NCBI RefSeq assembly: GCF_018350175.1
Contig: NC_058382.1
Span: 55,802,001-55,866,000 of the forward strand
Source of the DNA: Felis catus
Taxonomy: Eukaryota
Direction: 5' to 3'
DNA: 64,000 bases
In this document: piece by piece, positions 37,000-48,670 of the stretch
How the letters are laid out: every line of letters starts with the position of its first letter
How positions within the stretch are numbered: position 1 is the stretch's first letter
The notes under the pieces: model-generated
What the model was told of the DNA's origin: nothing
Database searches by the model: none
What the model saw: the letters and a program-made list of their open reading frames with translations, nothing else
Program-made: the position numbers and the translations under genes

Positions 37000-37141
37000 T
37001 AGGAAAATAAGTGAGGGAAGAGATAAAACAAGGTTGGCAAAATGATAATCGCTGAAGCTGGATAAAGGTGTATATGTGCTCATCAAACTATTCTCTCTAC
37101 GTTTTGGGTGTTTGAAATTTTCCACAATAAAACCATTTTAA
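37000..37141 (+). mobile_element. Old L1M 3' terminus
   Basis: 'ttggcaaaatg...gctgaagctgga...actattctctctac...gtttgaaattttccacaataaaa'. Confidence 0.7.
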
Positions 37142-38029
37142 GATGTGTGCAAAAAATGCAGAAAGTGCTCAATAAATGGGGAATCAATAATAGCAGTTGC
37201 TTTTTATTGAGCAACTACTGTATGGCATTTTTGAGTGAATTGCTTTATTATGTATATCAGCTCAAGGGTCTCCATGCTTTCTAAATTGTATACCCCACAA
37301 ACAAAGAATAATTGTAATCACATATCACCAACATAATTACATTTGATTAGTTACTTACACACTGCCAAATGGTGCTTTCTAAGTACCTTATAAAACATGC
37401 ACAAAACAAGAAATTTTAAAAGGATGAAATTAACTTGGAATAAATACATTTAATGTCTTGCTAATTGTGGAGACTTTATACTATCATTAGTTAATATCTC
37501 CAGGCACAAGTTACACATAGAGAAAAAATTGTCATTAACGATAGTGTTGTAAATCCATATTCCAAACCATCTTATGATCATTTCATCTGGATGGGTTGGG
37601 TAGGGGACAGCATTCTGTCCCCTTGGATTATGTCATCGTCTTGTTTCTTGTGTGGTGGCCCAGGAAGGCTGCTAATGTAAGTGGAATAAAGGTGTGCTCT
37701 GCCATTTTCTGGTTGCTCACTTACACTTATCTTGTTAGTATTGTTTTTTAAATAGATTCTTAGCAGGAATGTTTTAAAGTCCTTTGTCCCTTCTGTGAGT
37801 TTGTCCACTTAAAGGCTGGTTATTATAATCCCTAAATCCATTTACCCAAGTGCACATAAATTGCCCCATAAGGCAGTTTGCTAAAAGCAAATGAACGTAT
37901 ATGGGGGTGTCACCAGCCATTCAGCCTTGTAGAAGAAAGAAAAGAGCTGACGTGTGTCACGTGTGCATGTCAAATGTCTGCACGTACATTAAATATCAAA
38001 AAAAGAGACCTCTGCATCTGTCAGGAGTT

Positions 38030-38190
38030 CTCACCATGACCCTATACGGCAGACTTTACCATCCTCCGCTTTGCAGGTGATTAAGCTCAGCCCAGTCAGG
38101 ATAGTCGAGTTGCCTGAGGGACACAGCTGTTTGGAGGCAGAGCAGGATTAGAACGCAGGGACTCGGGACTCAGAGTTCCTCATTTCATAA
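38030..38190 (-). mobile_element. MIR SINE
   Basis: 'ttctcaccatgaccctat...tttgcaggtga...ttgcctgagggacacagct...ggcagagcaggattagaac'. Confidence 0.6.
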
Positions 38191-38329
38191 CAGAAGTGCT
38201 AGTTGCTAGTCCTTAGCACTGGCCACGGGCCAGGCACTGGTCCACTTAGGTACCACGGTCCCGTGTCATCCAGAATAGAGGGTCAGCCAAGCAAAGAAAC
38301 TTCCCAACACACAGGCTGGTGTGTCTGAC

Positions 38330-38520
38330 TGTAGAGCTCCCCTGTTTGCATATGAATCCGACTTCACTACCATGTGACCTGGGCAAATGACTTCCTCTCT
38401 CCAGGTCTCAGTTTCCTTATCTTTAAAATGGGCCAATAGGAACACCCGCGTCATAGAACTTTTGAAAGATCTGGATGACACAGTGGATGGAAACAGGAGT
38501 ATTATCTATCATTATTATCG
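38330..38520 (+). mobile_element. MIR SINE
   Basis: 'atgtgacctgggcaaatgacttcctctctccaggtctcagtttccttatctttaaaatggg'. Confidence 0.75.
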
Positions 38521-39699
38521 TTCTGTGGACTTGAGGTGATGACGTAGAATACACTTCAGTGAAAGAGTCAGAGTTACTCTCAAATATCAATATATGTTGG
38601 AATGAATGAGTGAATGAATGAGTTGCCCCAGTGTTTCCTGCATGTCCTCAAACACATTCTGTGGCTGGATTCTGGTCTTTCGTGTCCCCCGTGGTGAAGC
38701 TGCCACAGGCCCCGTGCTCTCTTTCATGGGGTCATGGTGATTTCTGTTGCCTCGTCTGAATCTTGTCCAACCATGTCGGCAGAGGCTATAGCCCAACCTT
38801 TCTCCTCCTGCCACAGGGATTAAAAATCGGGCTCATCCATTCTTACTACTGAGTCAGGAAACCTGGAGAGAAAAAAGCCAGCATGGACATTGCTTCCAAA
38901 TTTATGTGACAGGGACACAAATAATGTCTTGCATTCTGAGAGCAGAGACAGACCTGGAATTTCTGCAAAGGTTTTCCAACCCACAACATATTTTAACACC
39001 ATTTTTGAGCTCTGCAGCAGAATGGCTATCTCTAGATGTTGGAGCATAGCTGCTAAAAAAAAAAAAAAGTTTGATCTACTCTTCAGATCCAAGTATGCTC
39101 CAGATTAAAAAGGGAGAAAATTTTTAGGTGGCTCATTTGAAGGAATTGTCATCTGTTCAGAGGTCACAGGGTAACAACAATGCCCACTGAAGTGGAACCT
39201 TGAGAAGGCTGTGGTTTACTGAACATTCACAATGTGCCTCACACTGTGCCGGCCAAGTGTTTTTATTATCTCATTGAAACCTTGTAAGATTGTTACTGAT
39301 ATCACATAGAATCCCAAAAGGAAACAGATTATCAAATTAGGATTATTTGAAGAGGGTTTATTTGAAAGGGGGAGACTCTTTCCAAAGGTGCAGCGAGGTA
39401 CAAAGGAACCCCAAGAACAAGTGTGGCCCCCTGGGGCCCTGGGGCCAGGATAAGCAGGGCTGCTACCACTCTTGGCCAAGAGATGAGCATAGGCAGCAGC
39501 TGCCAGGTCCTAGAAGGACCAAGCCTGCCTCGAGTGGGGCAGGGGTCTACTGGGGAGGGACACAGCCAACCTAAGGCAACCCCTTTGACTAGGGGACAGA
39601 CAGCCTGACCTACTCTCCTCTCTTTTGATTCCTGCTAGGGGCTCCTATTGGCCAACTCCAAATAGAAGCCAGAGGGGCAGAGAACCTGTTGGTGTCACC

Positions 39700-39890
39700 C
39701 AGGGTTCCTCAACCTCTACACTAATGATATTCAGGATTGGATAAATCTTTGTTAAGGAATCCTCCTTTGCTCTGTAGGATGCGTAACAGCATCCCTGGCT
39801 TCACTAAATGCCAATAGCATCTTCTTTAGCTGTGGTACCAGAAATGTCTCTGTATTTCCATGTGTCCCTTGAGGTGGCACCAACTGGTAC
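39700..39890 (-). mobile_element. MER20 (hAT-Charlie), degenerate
   Basis: 'cagggttcctcaacctctacactaatgatatt...ggataaatctttgtt...tgtaggatg...agcatccctggc...aatgtctct'. Confidence 0.8.
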
Positions 39891-40345
39891 CGTCCATATC
39901 GGTTGGCCTCTCAGGCAGAGAGGAGGATGCAGATGTATAGAGAGTAGATCTGGAGAAAATATCCAAGAGAGAACTTAACTTCAGTCTAATTTCACTGCCA
40001 AGGAAACTGAGTCTCAACCAAACTAATTAACTTCTTGAAACACACACAGATTGCAAGTGTAGAAACCAGTCTGCAAACCTAGATCTGTTTGATCCCAATG
40101 CCAGAACTTATAATCACAAGTTTTATTCCATATTCACAAATGGGAAGTGTCCCAGAGAAAGAAAATGGAGCTTTGGAAATGGAGCCCTTAGAAATTCTGG
40201 GGGGAGTTGGAATGCTAGCATTTTGGGGCACTTGCGTTCTGGATCTGGAGTGCGTGTTAGCTCATATTGCAGACCTCTCAACAAGAGGGGACCATTAGAC
40301 GCATAAGGACTTTGGGCATTTTGGAAGCAGCCTTTTAATTATCGT

Positions 40346-40527
40346 GGGGCGCCTGGGTGGCTCCATCAGTTAAGTGTTCAACTCTTGGTTTCAGCTCAGG
40401 TCATGATCTTACAGTTAGTGAGTTCAAGCCCCACATTGGGCTCTGTGCTGACATTGTGGAATCTGCTTGGGGTTCTCTCTCTCCTTCTGTGCCTGCCCCC
40501 GCAAAGAAATAAACAAACTTTAAAAAC
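40346..40527 (+). mobile_element. Carnivore SINE
   Basis: 'ggggcgcctgggtggctccatcagttaagtg...cagctcaggtcatgatct...gagttcaagccccac...ctctgtgctgaca'. Confidence 0.92.
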
Positions 40528-40682
40528 TAATGCAAGTATTACTTTCTGTAAAGGAGGAGACAGAAAGAAGGAGCCTGGGTGGGTCATATCTCTATCCACT
40601 GTCAGTTGAGGTCATCCCGTGTCACGTTCCAGCCCTGTGGGGCAGACTGCTAGGGGCTGCCCAGCCATGTCACTTTGTAAAA

Positions 40683-40930
40683 ACCATCTTAACCATTTTT
40701 AATTGTATAGTTCAGTAGCATTAGGTATATTTCAAGAGGTGGAATCAACCCAAATGTCCATCAGTGAATTAATGGATAAACACAAGGCAGTATGCACACA
40801 CAGTGGAATATTACTCAGCCTTAAGAAGGAAAGAAATTCTGTCACATGCTGCAACATGGACAGACCTTGGGGACATGACTGAGGGAAATAAGCCAGTCAC
40901 AAAAACACAAATGACTGTATGGTTCCAGCC
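40683..40930. mobile_element. L1MA/MB 3' fragment with internal inversion
   Basis: Antisense 3'-UTR piece at 40683-40732 abuts a sense piece 'caacccaaatgtccatcag...gtggaatattactcagccttaagaaggaaagaaattctg...gaaataagccagtcacaaa'. Confidence 0.8.
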
Positions 40931-41569
40931 ACATCAGACTGGGTTGACATGATGAACACTACCACCAGGGCTAGCCCATTAAAGCTCTTCGTGCATTATC
41001 GTCCGTTCTCTCTCTCTCCCTCAGCTGCTGGTCAAATGTAGCAGATCCAGAGAACGGTGCTCAGGATCCAGAACCGCTAGATGGAAGAAGTCTGGTTCCT
41101 GAGTCAGTGTGTGCAAGGTTGCCTCTCAGACATCCAAGTACGTTTTAACTGAATGGGGAAAAAAAGCTTATAGTGCATTGATCCCCCCCTACTCTCCCTC
41201 CCCAGTGTCCCTAGAGTTCTCAAGCATTTTGTGATTCCTCACACCTTGGTCAGTGAACGCTTCTGAGGAAAACCCAACCAGGAGACAATATCTGTCTTTG
41301 CAGTTTCATTTCCTTAAAGGAGGTTCATGAAATTCGTAAGTGACATGTACATTACCAAAAGAGTTCATTCTGAAAAATTCGCCTGTGATCTAATAAGTGA
41401 TTTTAGCAAATGGAATATTAAGCAAAACACAAGTATTTGTGGTTGTTTGTAACCCGACAACAAAGTCCCTCAGACATTAAAGAGTATATCAACATCTGAT
41501 AGTAAAACTCTTAATCCATTTTCTAGAAACAGCTCAAATGTTAGGGTTTCGTAGAATCCTCTAGGGTGA

Positions 41570-41990
41570 ATTAGCTGTTTATTCCTCTCTGCTCTCACAG
41601 CACTTGAGTCATATTTTTGTAATAGCACAGACCATGTTGTACTGTAATTGATTTGTTTACATAATATTTGTCTCCAGGATTATATTCATAGTTCCTCAAA
41701 GGCAAAGACTAAACCTCATTTGCCTTTGTCATCCCCACACCCTGATCTGGCCCTGCCACATCCTTGACTGGAATATTTGGTTGTTGAAAAAATGAATGAA
41801 AATGAATAAAGGGACATCTTTCTTGTCCAGTAGATCATATCATGTGTCCTTAAGGACTGAGGCTATTTTATTTATCATTAAAAACACTCCAGCACTGTGC
41901 ATAGATCCTAGTACACAGTTGGGGATTGTTGCTAAAAGCTAAGCAAGGAAGTGAATGAATGAATGAATGAATGAATGAATGGGTGAATAA
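41570..41990 (+). mobile_element. Two L2 3' ends, the second with a (GAAT)n tail
   Basis: 'gttcctcaaaggcaaagac...gttgaaaaaatgaatgaa' and (gaat)n at about 41953-41980. Confidence 0.6.
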
Positions 41991-42336
41991 ATAATGAGGG
42001 AAGCATATGGCCAACCACAGGTTATTTTTGAGTGATTGTCAAATCCAGTTTTTCCTTCATTGTGTTGGTAGCTTATCACTTAGTTTTGTTGTTTATGATG
42101 TTTTGTTAATCAAAGAACAATATACTTTTAGGCATTAACTTACATCACATTAATTTGGGCTGATAGTTTTAGCTTCTCCACCTAATTTTAAGTCTTGACT
42201 TGGTCATTCATCATGTTGGATGTTTTTCCTAGCTTTGTATCACTTATAAATGTAGTCAACCTATTCTCATATCGCTGACTCTTTGCCAGTTAGGTTCATG
42301 GCACACTTAGGGGGATAGTCATTCAACTATCTAGAC

Positions 42337-42551
42337 TGGGGACTAGCAAACTATTGCCCATGGGTCAAATTCGGCCTGCAGCTATTTTTGTGAATAAAGT
42401 TTTATTGGAACACAGCCACACTATTACGTATTGTCTATGGCTGCTTTCACACAACAACGGCAAAATTGGGTAGTTTGACAAACACTATATGGCAGCAAAG
42501 TTTAAAATATTTATTGCCTAGCCGTTTATAGGAAAGGTTTGCTGATCTTTG
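42337..42551 (+). mobile_element. MER58A (hAT-Charlie)
   Basis: 'gcaaacta...gggtcaaattcggcctgc...tttttgtgaataaagttttattggaacacagccac...ttgtctatggctgctttc...gtttgctga'. Confidence 0.9.
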
Positions 42552-43079
42552 CTCCAGGTGATTAAATCCAACAAGTGAATCCACATTTCATATCTTAGGG
42601 GTAAAGTCTAAAGGGGGCCCTTGTCTTGTGCCCTGCTGAAACCAAGATACTTTGTGCTTTGCTATAGTTTTCCTGTGATGTCACAGTCACATTATCAAGG
42701 AAGGAAATGCAGTAATGTGGTACATACACATCCTGGTGAACCAACATAATTCCTAGTGATCACCTCATTAGGAGTACAGTGCTCACTGAACAGACACCTA
42801 CTCACTGTTTTTGGAATTCTATCTCTGTGGTAATGAGTTTGGGGCTACTTATCCTGTGCTAGAAGAGACTTCAAATATGTAGGGAGTGAATCTCTTTGCC
42901 TCTTTGCCTCTCCTTTGTGGCCATTCCCACAAAGGAAACCTCTGAGATGCTACATCAAGCTAACAACTGGCTTTATCTCTATGGATCACATTTTCCTCGT
43001 CTGCAAGATATTATTTTTCGGAGTTAATAAGATGATCAAAGGAGAAAGTGGACGGATACGAACAACACTATAATTGCCT

Positions 43080-43670
43080 TCATCTATTGAGTACTTTTTT
43101 GCCAGGCACTGTGCTGAGTGTTTTTACATGCATCATCCCCTTTAATCCTCATAAAACCTAGTGAACATTGCCCCCATTTTATAGACCAGACAGAGAGATT
43201 AAGGCATACCATTCATTCATTCAGCAGGTTATTTCTTTCTCAGTACAGTGTGCCAGGTACTATTCTAGCCACTTGGGATACATCTTTGGACAAAATCAAC
43301 AAACACTTTTGCCCTGGCATCTGCAGTGGGTCGGTATGCTCAGTAAGCAACACACTGCACATAATAATACACTTGTTTAGTACGATAAAAGATGATCAGT
43401 CCTGTGGTAAAAGAAAGCTTAGAACAGGGAAAGGGAGATTGAAAGTGCTGGGGTGGTGGAGGGGAGAGAGGGGAGGACATTTAAATAGGGTGGTCAGGGC
43501 AGTGTCATTTAGAAGGTGACAGTGTGAACCAAGACTTGAAGGAAACAAGAATGTTAGCTTCATGCCCATCTGGAAGAAGGGCATACTCAAGGTCACTAAG
43601 TTAGGTTTACGGCTCAACCAGGATTCCCGCTCAACTCTTTTGGACTCCAGAGCCCAAACTTGTAACAACC
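43080..43670 (-). mobile_element. MIR interrupted by an L2 fragment (about 43210-43585)
   Basis: MIR 'gccaggcactgtgctgagtg...tttaatcctcataaaacc...ccccattttataga' resumes as 'tcaaggtcac...gactccagagccca' after L2 'cattcattcattcagc...ttaaatagggtggtcaggg'. Confidence 0.7.
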
Positions 43671-43983
43671 AGGGTCAGTGAACGTTAGTTCTCTTGTCAG
43701 CGCTCACAGAACATATGCTGTGCATGCCTGGTCTTTCCTTTGGCTGTTGCCCTACATTAATTCTGGGCTTTACCCTTCCCCAGAGCATTTGTCCAGGTCG
43801 ATGTGGGTGTCGCATCTCTGTCTCTCTCTGATCACATGCTCTGCCTTTGTCACTGGGCCTTCAAAGACCGGATGTTTTCAGAGGGCCACGGTGCTACTTT
43901 TCTGGCTTCACCTTTTTTCTTTCTTACTGGAGCATTTTGGCATTTCGTCTTTATACTCTCTCTTTAGAATCTTTCATCTGTTT

Positions 43984-44437
43984 TTTTTTAAATTTTTAAT
44001 GTTTATTTATTTATTTATTTATTTATTTATTTTTTCAACGTTTATTTATTTTTAAGACAGAGAGAGACAGAGCATGAATGGGGGAGGGCCAGAGAGAGGG
44101 AGACACAGAATCGGAAACAGGCTCCAGGCTCTGAGCCATCAGCCCAGAGCCTGATGCGGGGCTCGAACTCACGGACCGCGAGATCGTGACCTGGCTGAAG
44201 TCGGACGCTTAACCGACTGCGCCACCCAGGCGCCCCTTTAATGTTTATTTTTGACGGGGGGTGGGGAGAGCTTGAGCCGGGGAGGGGCAGAGAGAGAGGG
44301 AGACACAGAATCCGAAGCAGGCTCCAGGCTCCAAGCTGTCAGCACAGAGCCCGACGTGGCACTAGAACCCACAAACTGTGAGGTCATGATCTGAGCTGAA
44401 GTCGGATACTTAACCGACTGAGCCACCCTGGCGCCCC
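43984..44437 (-). mobile_element. Feline SINE (SINEC_Fc2-like), host of a nested SINE
   Basis: Body 44237-44437, tail remnant 43984-44008; 18-bp TSD agaatctttcatctgttt at 43966-43983 and 44449-44466. Confidence 0.93.
44009..44236 (-). mobile_element. Young feline SINE (SINEC_Fc) nested in the tail of the previous SINE
   Basis: Intact head; TSD tttaatgtttattt at 43995-44008 and 44237-44250. Confidence 0.95.
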
Positions 44438-44673
44438 AAGGTAGGGCAAGAATCTTTCATCTGTTTCAAGTCATGGAACTATTGGCCTATGAAATTCCAT
44501 GCCCGTGTTTTTCTGTGTCAAGCGGATAGCCATACTTTTATCTTCTCTGTAGCTGTCATAGTTTGCACGAATAGCCAGTGCCACTCTCTGTCACTTGCAG
44601 CCACAGAACTCTGATATCAGTTGAAAACAAAATCTATTTCCAAGAATCCAGGATTTGTACCTGCCAGTGCTGG

Positions 44674-44732
44674 TTCTTCTTCTTCTTCTCCTCCTCCTCC
44701 TCCTCCTTCTTCTTCTTCTTCTCCTTTTTTTT
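44674..44732. repeat. (TTC)n/(TCC)n compound microsatellite
   Basis: Direct read. Confidence 0.92.
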
Positions 44733-44959
44733 AAATATGATTAAGCACCTCAGGCAAACAGAGTTACTTTGCTGAGGCTTCTGCTACTTCACAACTAACT
44801 CATCTTTCTTCCTTTACGCAGGCTAAGCCCTCAGTCTCAGGTCACCTCATTGCTTCGTCAGCCCTAAAAGGATGAAACGGTGCCCAGTGCAGTGACTTAC
44901 CAGACCCTCTATTTTTAGCCAGGTTCCCGGCAGATGCCTGGATAGTACAAGCCTCCCTT

Positions 44960-45110
44960 AATTACTATAACTTGTCTGGGCCGTTTCTGAGCTCTGCAAA
45001 ATAGACGTTGAAAGTAGAACCCACCTCATGAGGTTGTCGTGAAGATCAAATGCAGAAAGTGTGCACAAAAATAGCACAGTGCCTGGCGTGCGGTGGTGAT
45101 TTGGTGTGTC
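44960..45110 (+). mobile_element. MIR SINE
   Basis: 'cccacctcatgaggttgtcgtgaagatcaaatg...agcacagtgcctggc'. Confidence 0.7.
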
Positions 45111-45189
45111 AGCTCTTACTATGGGGGTGGGGGGGAGGCACTTTACTTGCAGTGGAGAGAGGAAGAGCCCCGGGCGACAGGCCTGTGCC

Positions 45190-45630
45190 TCAGCCTAACT
45201 CACCGGCTTTGTGCTCAGGGGTGCTAACTCACCCTCCCTGTGTGTCAGTACCCCATGATCTAAAGCTGGAATTGTAGTGTCAGTGTCCGCATTCGATGAG
45301 ATAAAAGGTATAAAAATGCATCAGATTATGTGTATAAAAACACTGACCTAATATCTAAATATTAAATGAGATTAAATGTACACAATGTGAACAGTAATAT
45401 GTAAAGTACTGGAATAATATTATCACTTTTAATTATTGAGTGAGGTAAAATGTATAAAATAAAAATCCTGTAATAACAATATCAATTTGAGTATTAAGTG
45501 AGATGTGTATAAAACTAATGTCAATCAGATCAATAGAATATTAAGGAGATTAATGTATATAAAGGGTCACGTATCTGGTCAGGCACTTAGTAGGCATTTG
45601 AGAAAGGATGGGTACCAATGTTACTGTCGT
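45190..45630 (+). mobile_element. MIR with internally amplified segment
   Basis: MIR-like 5' part, five variants of 'attaaatgagataatgtat', then 'ggcacttagtaggcattt'. Confidence 0.55.
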
Positions 45631-46319
45631 TGTTTGTATCACTGGCATTATCTTACCATCAACATCCTCTTGGTTAGACTGCATTGCTCTCAAGGTCGTC
45701 CTTTGCTATAAAACTCTTCTTCTTGGTGGTACAGAGTGAGTGTTTAATAGTAACAGTTCTGATCATACATCATTATCCCCTAGGCATATATTTACTATTT
45801 TCAGATTGCCTTTTCTTCAACTTTCTCGTGAGCTCTCATTTGAAAGTGGCTCTGAACACAAATTGGCAGTCAAATTGGGATTTTACAGACTTTATCTCCA
45901 TCCGTATTTTCAGAAGGCTAAATATGATCTTTGAGGAATTCCAGAGTTCTCAAAAGGAATAATTTGCTCCAAAGAAATAGGTCATATAGAAGGAGAAGGG
46001 GAGTGAGTATTATATATCAAGAAGCTATGTGGGATGACAAAAACTTCCTATGTGGAAAGTCAAGAACCAGTCATATAGAATAGAGCAGATTATAATTCTG
46101 CTCCAACTCAGAATTAAATGAGACGAAAACTATATGCAAGTGACACCGTGAGGGTTTCCCATCCACAAGCTGTGACTGTACCATATGAATGCTTTTCACT
46201 GGATTATGCTTGGGGTCCCAAATGTGTGAGTTTTTTCATTTTACGGTATGGAGCGAGCAAGAGTATCCTGCAGTTGTTTGCTGAGAAAAATTGTCATTCA
46301 TCATTATCACCGAGCCATG

Positions 46320-46580
46320 ACTGTGTGTTGAGTATCTTCCACTGTCCCTCCAGGTCCATTCTGCTCCTTTCTTCTGCTCATGCCCCCAGTGGCTCATTTG
46401 TATGGACTCCATCCGTGGGGCTCCTTGGACTTCTGGCTTCTGGTTGGGTTGGCCAACTTAGGGCCAGGAGAGCCCTAAGAAGGAATTAAAAGGACGAAGT
46501 TGCCTCAGTATGGCTTGTGTCCTTTGACTGAAGGTCACATGTATTGTAGGGGTCACCTTTTCTCCATGACTCTCCCCTAT
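46320..46580. mobile_element. ERVL LTR fragment (LTR33/41-like)
   Basis: 'tatggactccatc...gggctcctt...cttctggcttctggttgggttggccaa'. Confidence 0.55.
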
Positions 46581-47544
46581 TGGACCAGGAGTTTTTGAAA
46601 TGGAGTTAGACTCTAAACTCTGTGAGGACAGACATGACCTGCCTGTCCTTTGCTTACCATTATACCCTAACAGCATGGCTGGCCCCAAAGAGACACTCAG
46701 ATAATATATTTTGATTGAATTAATGCATTGGAGATTCCCTCATTAAACTGAATGCTTGGAAAAACCACCATCTAAACCTACCTTTTTGCAAAAAGAAGCC
46801 ACACTCTCTCTGAGCAGTGGTTCTTAGAAATAAAAGCTCTTAAAATTCCCATCCACAAGCTGTGACTGCATCGTATTAGTGCTTTCCACTGGATTGTGTT
46901 TGGGGTCCCAGCTGTTTGAATCTTTTATTTTACAGCATTTACTTTTCTGTGAGATTCCAATTAATTGAATTGGGAAAAGCTGTAAGCTTGTGACAGAGGA
47001 AATATCTCTCTGACAAAACCCACATGCTGTGGAGTCTAAGATTACTGTCTCTTCTTTGTTTAGATCCATAACAAGTTTGACTGATTTTCTGTTTTAATAT
47101 GTTAGGCTGAGTAGCTAGAAATGTTGATATCATACTTATACAGGCCAGAGTAGGTATTTGGGGGAAACCCTCCTAGGTGGCGTATCAAAGGAGTGTCCCT
47201 AGATCAAGGGACAGGATGGGAATCCCAGGGATGCCTGTTCTTACATTTCAGGTCATTTTTTTCCCTGGAATTTGAAAATTCATTTTCTCTGTCATCTTCT
47301 CTCCTCAAAGTGTCAATCGTTGCTTTCAGCAACAACACTCAATTCCACAGTCCTTATAATTACGCCTCCCCCTTACCCCTGTACTTCTTGAACACCAGAA
47401 ATACTGCATGAGGTGGTATACCCTAGTCTACCTACCTGTAGGCTGTTCCAGCTCATTCCAGGTAAAAGTCTTTGCGTTTGAATTATGCCCACACATCAGG
47501 GATAGCTGGTGTTCTACAGAGCTCTAACAGTGGGAATCTTTTTT

Positions 47545-47750
47545 TTTTTAATTTTTAAGTGTTTAATTTTGAGAGAAGTGAGACAATGTGCAAGTGGGAG
47601 AGGGGCAGAGAGAGAGGGAGACACAGTGTAAAGCAGTGTCCAGGCTCCTAGCTGTTAACACAGAGCCTGATGCAGGGCTCAAACCCATGCATGAGATCAT
47701 GACCTGATCTGAAGTCGGAGGCTTAACCGACTGAGCCAGTCAGGCGCCCC
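47545..47750 (-). mobile_element. Feline SINE
   Basis: Reverse of 'ggggcgcctgactggctcagtcggttaagcctccgacttcagatcaggtcatgatctc'; TSD core tgggaatctttttt. Confidence 0.93.
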
Positions 47751-48007
47751 TCATGATGGGAATCTTTTTTGCCCAACAGCCAGTAAAGGGTTCAGCATTG
47801 AACTCTCATTTTCCCAGGACCACTCCTGTTTGCCAGCTGCCTTAGGTTTGGTTTCCTGGAGGTCGGGTCAGATCAGAGATTCATATACACATGTGATTTG
47901 CTGAGGACTGATCTTAAGAAAAAAAGCCTGTGAAGGAGTAAGGGACTGCAGGATAAGGAAGGGAAAAGAGCTGATCAAGGACTCAGCCTTGGCAAGATCC
48001 ATGGGGG

Positions 48008-48670
48008 CAAACACCAGACAGATCCTAGTTGAGGGACGTTCTACAAAATACCTGATAGTTCTCCTCAAAACTGTCAAGACGATCAAAAACAAAGAAAGTC
48101 TGAGAAACTATCACAGCCGAGGAGAGCCTAGGGAGATTTGATGACTACGTATAATGTGGGATCCTGGATGGGACCCTGGATGAGAAAAAGGAAATTAGGT
48201 AAAACCAAAGAAATCTGAAGAAAAAGTGTGGACATTGGTTAATAACTATATATCAATATTGATTCAGTGATTATGACAAATGGATCATGCTAATGGGAGG
48301 TGTTAATAACAGGCTAACCTAGATATAAGATATATGGGAACCCCACATATGGGAAGTATAGCATATTTTATTAACTGCAAACTTTCTGTAAATCAAAAAC
48401 TACTTTAAAATAAAAAGTTCAGGCTGCCTGGGTGGCTCAGTCGGTTGAGTGTCTGACTTTTGGTTTCAGCTCAGGTCATGCTCCCAGGGTTGTGGGATCG
48501 ATCCCCATTCGGGCTGTGTTGGGTGTGGTGCCTACTTGAGATTCTCTCTCTCTCCCTCTGTCCCATTCCCCCTTCCTGCTCTCTCTGTCTCTAAAATAAA
48601 TGAATAAATGAATAAATAAATGAATAAATAAATAAATAAATAAATAAAAAGTTTATTATTAGGAAAAAAA
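48008..48670 (+). mobile_element. L1MC-like 3' UTR fragment containing a SINE, within LTR16-like sequence (about 47830-49030)
   Basis: 'gagggacgttctacaaaatacctga...ctcctcaaaactgtcaag...aaagtctgagaaact...atgtgggatcctggatgggaccctgga'. Confidence 0.8.
48421..48645 (+). mobile_element. Older carnivore SINE with (AATA/AATG)n tail
   Basis: 'gcctgggtggctcagtcggttgagtgtctgacttttggtttcagctcaggtcatg...gttgtgggatcgatcccc'; TSD aaataaaaagtt. Confidence 0.9.

Noticed and set aside
39310..39690. Possible ancient LTR fragment
   Set aside because: It looks LTR-like but I could not assign family or boundaries with enough confidence
45794..45980. Possible coding exon after acceptor-like 'tttactattttcag'
   Set aside because: Open frames stop before any convincing donor and the peptides match nothing I recognise
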